DNA of 64,000 nucleotides, from IMG/VR virus record IMGVR_UViG_3300021400_001413, positions 1 to 64,000 of that record, one strand, 5' to 3'. The translations under genes and the position numbers were made by a program. Shown one piece after another: positions 57,701 through 64,000 of this stretch. A model generated the notes under the pieces. That model worked only from the letters and a program-made list of their open reading frames with translations. It was not told the DNA's origin and ran no database searches. This stretch comes from a virus (lineage: Duplodnaviria > Caudoviricetes). Numbering within the stretch: position 1 is the first letter of the stretch; each line of letters begins with the position of its first letter.

Positions 57701-58770
57701 TTAATCAATTCCTCTGTTTTCAGTTGCTGAGTTCCACTAAGTACATTCTTAGCAAGTTCTCCCATTGTAGCACTTACATCATTCCTTGCTTTCTGTATAT
57801 CATCCGAGTTTCTACCTTTGAATATTCTTTTAATATAGCTTAAGAGGCGATTAATAAGAGAAGCAAGAGGGCTAGAATCTGAAGTATTCCCATCATTAGT
57901 CTTCAGTTTATCCTGAAGAATTCTTCCTAAAGCTTCTTCAGCCAATGTTTCCTCTAAAGGAATCTCATTACCAAAGGCATCATAGTTAGGATTCTGCTCA
58001 TAATAAGCTCTATTCTGTTCATACTCATCACCAAGAACCTCCTGTACTAAAGTATCATTGTTCATCAATTGTGCAAGACTTCTCTGTACTAATGGAGTAT
58101 CTCTGAACATACCTATCAGCAGATGAGCAAACTCTTCACTCAATGCCAGTTCACCTTGCATACCATTGGCAATGTTTATCAATCCCTCAAAGCCTTGTGC
58201 TATGCCATCAGCCTTACTAAAATCTACAAAACCATTGGTTTGTTCATAATCTTCAAGTAATTCAACAGTTACTCCAAGATCTCCAAGCAACCCCTCAAGT
58301 TTCTGATTTAGTAACTGAGTACTGTATTGGCTCTCATACTCATTTACATTCTGTTCATTCCTTTCTCTAATTTCAACCTGAAGCATACTATCAGGAGTCT
58401 GAGTAACAATAGCTACAAGGTTATTTCTATTATCACTACTCTGATTATAATTATGAGCAGATAATATCAACCTCTGATAGTTTTCTCTACTATTTTCTAC
58501 CTTAGGAAACTTTTTTTGATCAACTGATATTAGTTTATCATTACCTATCAATTTCTTAATATATTCAGTTTTTGCAGCACTTTCATAAGTAGGTACACCT
58601 TGAGCATCGAGTACTAAAGTTTTTTCATGTTGTTTCTTAAAACTTGGACTCAATACTGCAGTGAATACCTTAGTAGCTGTTTGATATCCTAATTCCTTTT
58701 TATAGGTTTGGAAACCCTTGAGCTCTTCTCCCTTTTTATTACGGGGAATATAACTACAACTTAATGCCAT
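54799..58770 (-). CDS. large (~1,323 aa) putative ejection/cargo protein with zincin-like EEFAH motif
   Basis: Start moved to MALSCSY; LSEEFAHLL...LAEEALG; mostly helical; promoter TATTTTTG at 58795-58802 (minus). Confidence 0.6.
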   Translation of the reverse strand: MALSCSYIPRNKKGEELKGFQTYKKELGYQTATKVFTAVLSPSFKKQHEKTLVLDAQGVPTYESAAKTEYIKKLIGNDKLISVDQKKFPKVENSRENYQRLILSAHNYNQSSDNRNNLVAIVTQTPDSMLQVEIRERNEQNVNEYESQYSTQLLNQKLEGLLGDLGVTVELLEDYEQTNGFVDFSKADGIAQGFEGLINIANGMQGELALSEEFAHLLIGMFRDTPLVQRSLAQLMNNDTLVQEVLGDEYEQNRAYYEQNPNYDAFGNEIPLEETLAEEALGRILQDKLKTNDGNTSDSSPLASLINRLLSYIKRIFKGRNSDDIQKARNDVSATMGELAKNVLSGTQQLKTEELIKNRRNARFNHLRDANDKVLSLLKKANEIERKRSKIAPKEQRKDIRDNIVKLEALMTDTKKMEGLHTYAKWALNDLQDAMDKLDISGTLNQQNFTMLRHIKSVLDSYEGFISDFHEVLDDMGEDFIITINGQDVNLRELWREIDDLYKSCDSAFKNQAFAAFSDFLAPIYEKSPLRNPDGSIKKLKEVLAGEDFDISEFDRWCTSMGESSSVLLQLFDKVVKNAKDKVRLSTIHNVRDIWKLRENAEKRGITSFEWMFEKDNAGHKTGNYISPYNHGQFKKDEEEMQRKLIEKYGKQPIGEDFKKAFLERKAWYETHATKDMFGNSFPGDRYKNPEYSKLSQAQLETLNEILKYKDQLEMQLPADRRNRVRAIQRRRSGTQRLIDSATNPTNAFAAIKEDLKSAFSKSEDDDLLYGETTKGLTDFTGQEYMTLPVLYTNRLKNPDTLSTDVFSDLMAYAYATNTYDQMSKVYDPLEVGVSVTAQKEFVKNAGSKTKEEVLNVLGRVTHKSIKVGSNTNFAKKLRDYLECQVYGRYMKEDDVLGVNAQKTLNVFQKLTSMAYLGCNYLAGVANVATAAGMQNIEAAAGEFFGAKELALADKEYAAMIPEFIAELGSREKQSKLALFDELFDVRQNAKDKLHNTQMKSIFRRFFGNNWLFVQQGLGDHWIYNRTAIAMAKKKRVKVNGREMSVWDALEIVTDKNGYKYMQPKKGTKNLDGNVFDSGQFSREIAHINHVIAGIYNDDDQNAANRVMLGRLAMQMRKWIIPQMMRRFQGKRMILDIGREEEGYYRTAGRLAKDLWKGGFKLTTEWEKLNESEKANVRRALTEMAQTYALWVLCTCLGSGIKDPDRSWAMKFAEYMLHREVHELGFLTPGPMMLTEGYKTVTSPFVAASAANKLAQAMVTTINPANWFPDDDELIQSGRYEGHSYLYKRWAELPLPPFTQFRQIDKFVEDLDTGTKYYAKDYK

Positions 58771-59093
58771 ATTCGTTTTCTTTTTTAATTGCTGCAAAAA
58801 TAAACATATTATTATGTTAGACATAATAGGTAAATCAATTATTTTCTGTTAGACAAGTAATAAATTAAGTGCTTTCTAAAGAAATAAATATATGAGTACA
58901 TTTGCACAGAAAATATAAATAATAAAAGAAGGAATTATATTATGGCAAGAACTCAATACCAAGTAACTACATTTCTCTGTCTCAGAGATGGAGTCTCTTG
59001 CTAATATTTTCAATACCATGCTACCAAGTATGCATACTTTCAGGCAAGGTTTTAAATTCAATGGTACGAAGGAATATTTAAAAAAGCATTAAT

Positions 59094-61115
59094 ATGGCAA
59101 GTCCTATAGATCAGATGTTGGCAATAGCCTCACAGATTAAAGAGGCTACTAAAAGAGGAGAGAATACTGCTAGTAAGGTTGGAGGTCTGCTAGTAGATAT
59201 TATAGAGTATTTGTCTATACTAAGAGTGGATGATGTAGAGTTGGGACCATTCCTTACTGCTCTAAAGAATTCAGAACTCTTAGACCCTGTTGATGGACAA
59301 ACTCTTGCCTTTAGTGTTTTAGAGGATAAGTGGACTTTCTCTTCTGCTATTACTCAGCTAAAATTATCACAGAACCATATAGAAGAAGCTGTGGCCTCAA
59401 ACTATACAGCACTTCAGGAGACAAAGAGCTTGCTTCAGGGAGAGCTGCAGCAGGTAGCATCACAAATGGATGATAAGTACGATAGTCTGGTTACTTGGAG
59501 AGACCAGACTGACTCTTATATAGGGCAGTATGCAACAGCATATGATGAGGAGGGGAATTTAGTATCTATGTCCAGCATCTTTCAAACTACTGAAGATGTA
59601 ACTCAGCATGTGGAAAAGTTGGAGTCTGAGCTTATTGACCTGGCTAATTATGATGCATGGGAACAGGGAAATACTCAGAATGAGGAAGCAGGAAAAACCT
59701 ATGAGGAGACCAAGGTAAATGATTCTAAGTGTCTTAGAATGAGGAATATGCTTCCTGTAACCAAGAATTCCTATATAACTTTTATTCCCAATGATAGCAG
59801 ATTTTCTTTATGCCTGCTTTACTTTAATCAGGAAAGAACATATAGCAACTCCACACAATGGAGTAGGGGATGGGTAGATCTTGATTCAGAAGAAGCAAAG
59901 GAAGGAAGACTGAAGATTACAGATGATTCTGATGTGCAGTTTGTTGCCATTAAGCTAAAAAGAAAGAATGGGGATAATATTACTGTAGAGGAAGACATCA
60001 AAGAAAGCAGTCTGGCTATTGTAAACAATAAGGTAGCTACTTCTTCGGAAGTTAAGCAGACTGCTGATAGTATTATGTCAGTAGTTTCTAATAACAAGGA
60101 GGCTGCTGATGAAGCTTTTAAAAACATTGATGAGGTAGTTATACCTGGAATTAATGATAGACTTGATGATGTAGAAGAGGAGTCTGGTAATAGTGCAAGT
60201 TGGATATCTCAGAATAAAGACAGAATAATATTAATATCTGCCCAGTTTGATGGGGAAGGGAACCTGACAAATACCTCAGGCCTTGTTACAACTGCAGGAT
60301 TCTCAGAATTGTTTGCCCAGGAAGTAGACTCTGAAGGCATAGCCCATTCTGCTGACTTAGGTGTTTTTGTAGAGAAAGACCAAAATGGCAAAATTGTTAC
60401 TGGTATAAGCTTAGATGCTGACCAGATTAATATGACCAGTTCTGTGTTTGAAGGTTGGTTCAGAGATGCAACTATTCATTCTGAAGATATAACTTTTGAT
60501 GCAGACACTCTGAGGATGATTTCAGATAATGTATCTCTTAAGGCCAGCCAGCTTTCATTTGAAGGAGATGACAGCTTTGATTGGACAATAACATCTGAAG
60601 GTGTTACCATATTCCATCTGGACCATAATGGTAATCTTGAGATAGCTGGTCAGTTAAAGCAATGCCAGATTATTGATAATGTTACAATAGGAGAGTCATC
60701 TAAAAAGATAGTAATAGAGCCTGATAACAGTGGTGCAAAACTTGTTGGTTATAATGATAATGTAGAGGTGTTCTCCCTTGGTTTCAACACTTATGGGGAT
60801 AGTGTTAAACCGGGCTTAAACTTGGGCAGCTCTTCTATTACTGATACAAATGGTCAGTTCTACAGGAGTGATGGTATGGGTCATTTAAGTACTATAGAGT
60901 ATAGAATGTGGGATAATCTATCAGAGCTCCATCTTTATAACCATGAAAATGGTAACTATGTTACTAATCTTAGGATGGCTACCGACAATGGTAAAGTAAT
61001 TATTGCGGCTTATGACTATGGAGGAGATAATCATAAATGGCCTACCTCTTCTCAGAGTGTGCCCATAGGAGGTTTATTTGTTGATCAGGGGTATCTTAAA
61101 GTACGAACATCCTAA
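59094..61115 (+). CDS. putative tail fibre/receptor-binding protein
   Basis: N-terminal ENTASKVGGLL motif, coiled coils, beta-rich C-terminus; promoter TACATTTG at 58897-58904. Confidence 0.55.
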   Translation: MASPIDQMLAIASQIKEATKRGENTASKVGGLLVDIIEYLSILRVDDVELGPFLTALKNSELLDPVDGQTLAFSVLEDKWTFSSAITQLKLSQNHIEEAVASNYTALQETKSLLQGELQQVASQMDDKYDSLVTWRDQTDSYIGQYATAYDEEGNLVSMSSIFQTTEDVTQHVEKLESELIDLANYDAWEQGNTQNEEAGKTYEETKVNDSKCLRMRNMLPVTKNSYITFIPNDSRFSLCLLYFNQERTYSNSTQWSRGWVDLDSEEAKEGRLKITDDSDVQFVAIKLKRKNGDNITVEEDIKESSLAIVNNKVATSSEVKQTADSIMSVVSNNKEAADEAFKNIDEVVIPGINDRLDDVEEESGNSASWISQNKDRIILISAQFDGEGNLTNTSGLVTTAGFSELFAQEVDSEGIAHSADLGVFVEKDQNGKIVTGISLDADQINMTSSVFEGWFRDATIHSEDITFDADTLRMISDNVSLKASQLSFEGDDSFDWTITSEGVTIFHLDHNGNLEIAGQLKQCQIIDNVTIGESSKKIVIEPDNSGAKLVGYNDNVEVFSLGFNTYGDSVKPGLNLGSSSITDTNGQFYRSDGMGHLSTIEYRMWDNLSELHLYNHENGNYVTNLRMATDNGKVIIAAYDYGGDNHKWPTSSQSVPIGGLFVDQGYLKVRTS

Positions 61116-61126
61116 ATATTAGAACT

Positions 61127-61480
61127 ATGATAAAGCTTAAGAGAGTTTATAATCAGATTATCCCAGTATCAGGGTATATAGCAATAACGCTATTCCCCTT
61201 GGTATTTGTCAGAAATGACAATAAGCAGAAGTTTACTCCTACTGTAAATCGGCATGAAGTAACACATGCCTATCAACAGTTAGAGTGCCTATGGCTGATT
61301 TTCTTTGTCTGGTATCTAGTAGAATGGGTTATAAAGATTCCACTTTGTTATTTCACTGGTAAGGATGCATATAGGTCTATCAGTTTTGAGCAAGAGGCTT
61401 ATGCCAATCAAGGAAAGGTAAACTATAACAAAGAGAGAAAGCACTATGCTTGGATAAAGTATGTTTTTAAACTAAAATAG
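61127..61480 (+). CDS. small HExxH-containing protein
   Basis: AITLFP...VNRHEVTHAYQQ...ISFEQEAY. Confidence 0.65.
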   Translation: MIKLKRVYNQIIPVSGYIAITLFPLVFVRNDNKQKFTPTVNRHEVTHAYQQLECLWLIFFVWYLVEWVIKIPLCYFTGKDAYRSISFEQEAYANQGKVNYNKERKHYAWIKYVFKLK

Positions 61481-61487
61481 GAAGAGT

Positions 61488-61955
61488 ATGAAGGAAGTTA
61501 CACTAAAGATTGCAGAAATCAAAGAGGCATATGATCTTCTTGAAAATCCAAAAGATGAATGCCTTAGTGACTTAGATAAGATTAAAGTTTGGAGGATATC
61601 AAGAAAGCTGAGTCCCTTTGTGAAAAAATATAAGGAAGAACAAGTTGAGGCTAATAAGAAGTTTTTCCCACAAACTAAGGAGTTTGCTGATAGGCTAAAA
61701 AAGGCTATTAAGTATGAACTTGCCAAACAGAATAAGTTAGAACAGAATGCCTCAATGACAGAAGATGAATATTCCTCATTCAAAGAGGAGTACTTTAAGT
61801 ACCAGAAACTTGTAGAAGAGGCACTATATGATATAAAGAATACCGAGGAGACTATTGAGATAGAACCATTATCTGATGAAGCTCTTGGAGGCTTGAAAAC
61901 AGCAAATAAATGGTCCTTTGAGCAGTTGGATAAGGTTAGCTTTGTTTTAGAGTAG
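61488..61955 (+). CDS. hypothetical protein (possible fibre chaperone)
   Basis: 155-aa helical protein. Confidence 0.6.
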   Translation: MKEVTLKIAEIKEAYDLLENPKDECLSDLDKIKVWRISRKLSPFVKKYKEEQVEANKKFFPQTKEFADRLKKAIKYELAKQNKLEQNASMTEDEYSSFKEEYFKYQKLVEEALYDIKNTEETIEIEPLSDEALGGLKTANKWSFEQLDKVSFVLE

Positions 61956-61979
61956 GTAAGGATTAAAAGCAGTAAACAG

Positions 61980-64000
61980 ATGAGTAAGAAATTTATGGGC
62001 TGGAAAACTAGGGGCATGAACAGAGACCTTTCTGTTACTGCCTTTAATCCAGAGTTTGCATTTGAAAATAGGAACTTAAGGCTGTCCACAAATGAAGCTA
62101 ATACGCTTTTAAGTTGGGTAAATGAAAGAGGGACAGCAAAGATGGAACTGGTTAGTATGGATTCTCGGGGAGAGTATCATACTGCCCAGTTATCAGGCAT
62201 TCCTATAGGAACAGCTGTCATTAATCATCAGCTTATAGTATTCACAACTAATTATGACGTAAGTCAGAACAAGCAGGCAGACTACATTTACAAGCTGCAC
62301 TATAAAGACAATACAAAGACATCTATGGTAGTTGAGATACTATTTGGTGAGAATGGAGATAGCTTGAACTTTGATGTAGAACACCCACTGGAGACTCTGG
62401 TCAACTATGAGTCAGAGAGTATTCAGAAAATATACTGGACTGATGGAAAGAACCAGCCAAGAGTTATCAATATAGCAAAGAAGACTGCTCAGAATGATGC
62501 ATCTCAATTTGATTTTGTTCCTGAACTTAGTCTGAATGAAGAGATTAAGGTAGAAAAGATGCTTGGTGCCAATGGAATGTTTGCTCCAGGTGTCATACAG
62601 TATGCCTTTACTTATTATAGAAAAAATGGACAGGAGAGTAATATCTTCTACACTACACCCTTGCATTATATTTCTTATAGGGATAGGGGGGCTTCACCAG
62701 AAGATAAGGTAGAGAATGCCTTTAGGATTACCATCACTAATCCTGATGCTCACTTTGACTATCTGAGAATCTACTCTATTCAAAGAACATCCATTGATAG
62801 TACTCCTATAGTTAAAAGAATCCAGGATCTTTCCTTGGCAGATGCTCAGTCAAAGACCATACAGAGTGATTACTTTGCCCTATCCATAAACAAGCCCACA
62901 TGGTCTCTTAATGGAAGCATTCTTTCTCCTGAGGATATGAGCTATAGTGAGTTTAAGAATCCATTTGGAGATGGAAGCATCAGATGCTTTGGTACAGACC
63001 AGTTTGACTATATTATTGCTGATGGTACACATGTAGAATTCAAGGAAGCACAGGCTCAAGGATGTATGTGGATTACAGAAAATCCTATTACTCATGATGA
63101 TATCACAGGCTATTGGATATTCGCTACAGATGGTATTAGCTCTGATACATTAATACCTATAGAGGTTACAGGAGAGAAGGACGTCATTCAGCTATCTTAT
63201 ATAGATACAGGCACATCAGGTGATTCTATTGATCCGACAGAGCTACTCTATAAAGGAGGGGAAACTATTGTTGCTGAAACAATGGAACAGAAGGATGGAA
63301 CTCTATTCTTGGGAAATATTAGTATCAAAAGAGACCAGTTAAAGTCCTATACTGACACTGTTAAGGCTGTAACTGATATTACACAAAGTAGCAGAAAGTT
63401 CAAACCAGAACTTATATCAGAAGGAAATTATCAGTATGCTAACCAACTTACTTCTTATAAAGTAACTAGTGCAGGACAAACTAAGGAAAGTGTGCCTTGT
63501 GGAGGCTTTAAGACACTTGATACTTACCGTCTTGGTGTACAGTTCCAACATAAGAGTGGAAAATGGAGTGAGCCTCTATGGATAGGAGATGAGACTATAT
63601 ATAACAGGCCTCATTATGATAAAATCAATAATATAATAACAGTACCTACATTAAAAGCTGATATTGGTAAGGGAAGAAAAGGACAGGATTTCCTTAATAA
63701 TTTGAAGAAGGCAAACTACACAAAACTCAGACCTGTAGTTGTCTTTCCTAAAATTCAAGACAGACGTGTTATCTGCCAAGGAATAGTCAATCCAACATTA
63801 TTTACCAGTGAACATAGAAATACGCAGAAGGATATTTATGCTCAGGCATCATGGTTCTTTAGAGCCTCTAATGGAGGTAAGGTTGACTTGAATACAGGTG
63901 CTGTAAGTCCTTTTAGTTATAATTCAAGTGGAGATAGAACATTACCTTATACATGGAAGGGCATCAGTGCAGACACAGGAGGTTCTTTTGACCCAGATAG
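61980..64000 (+). CDS. tail stabilization/muzzle protein (P22 gp10-like), runs off window end
   Basis: Manual translation MSKKFMGWKTRGMNRDLSVTAFNPEFAFENRNLRL...NERGT; later KIYWTDGKNQPRVINI and GVIQYAFTYY. Confidence 0.8.
   Translation, partial: MSKKFMGWKTRGMNRDLSVTAFNPEFAFENRNLRLSTNEANTLLSWVNERGTAKMELVSMDSRGEYHTAQLSGIPIGTAVINHQLIVFTTNYDVSQNKQADYIYKLHYKDNTKTSMVVEILFGENGDSLNFDVEHPLETLVNYESESIQKIYWTDGKNQPRVINIAKKTAQNDASQFDFVPELSLNEEIKVEKMLGANGMFAPGVIQYAFTYYRKNGQESNIFYTTPLHYISYRDRGASPEDKVENAFRITITNPDAHFDYLRIYSIQRTSIDSTPIVKRIQDLSLADAQSKTIQSDYFALSINKPTWSLNGSILSPEDMSYSEFKNPFGDGSIRCFGTDQFDYIIADGTHVEFKEAQAQGCMWITENPITHDDITGYWIFATDGISSDTLIPIEVTGEKDVIQLSYIDTGTSGDSIDPTELLYKGGETIVAETMEQKDGTLFLGNISIKRDQLKSYTDTVKAVTDITQSSRKFKPELISEGNYQYANQLTSYKVTSAGQTKESVPCGGFKTLDTYRLGVQFQHKSGKWSEPLWIGDETIYNRPHYDKINNIITVPTLKADIGKGRKGQDFLNNLKKANYTKLRPVVVFPKIQDRRVICQGIVNPTLFTSEHRNTQKDIYAQASWFFRASNGGKVDLNTGAVSPFSYNSSGDRTLPYTWKGISADTGGSFDPD

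Noticed and set aside
61472-62089. 205-aa minus-strand ORF and other antisense ORFs in the track (e.g. 16077..16718, 46266..46793, 44243..44704, 50935..51432)
   Set aside because: They overlap well-supported genes on the other strand or frame and have shadow-ORF composition (S/L/F-rich)
33200-64000. Stop-codon reassignment (TAG=Gln or TGA=Trp), known in some crAss-like phages
   Set aside because: TerL, portal, MCP, ring proteins and the 1.3k-aa gene are full-length under the standard code; genes ending in TAG are followed by normal next starts; the only tRNA has a UCU anticodon
49300-64000. Diversity-generating retroelement or invertible tail-fibre cassette
   Set aside because: No reverse transcriptase, no TR/VR pair and no inverted repeats with an invertase recognised near the fibre genes

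Overview
This window is about 64 kb of a crAss-like (Crassvirales-type) Bacteroidota podovirus genome, read in the standard genetic code. Bases 1-28.4 kb are almost all on the minus strand. They hold small hypothetical genes, a MoxR-type AAA ATPase and a VWA/metallopeptidase, and a replication module (family A DNA polymerase, retropepsin-like protease, dUTPase, two PD-(D/E)XK nucleases, primase, SSB-like protein, AAA ATPase, DnaB-like and SF2 helicases). At 25.8-26.4 kb a tRNA-Arg(UCU) is split in its anticodon by a 597-nt group I-like intron. That intron apparently lacks the terminal G and has an altered P7 G-binding pair. A repeat-rich, A-tract-rich strand-switch region lies at 27.4-28.7 kb. 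It is followed by an ORF-free candidate structured RNA, a modular HExxH protein, and a Bacteroidetes-type tyrosine integrase. Next to the integrase is an apparently intact attP (tRNA-Ser-like 3' end flanked by five TATAATACATT arm-type repeats), which suggests an integration-competent crAss-like phage. From 33.2 kb the plus strand carries the late module: GroES-like protein, holin, amidase and spanin, large terminase, portal, scaffold-like protein, major capsid protein, ring/tail proteins and the start of the tail stabilization (muzzle) protein. It is interrupted by one ~1,320-aa antisense gene resembling crAss-like ejection proteins. All family assignments come from motif recognition by eye; no searches or folding programs were run.
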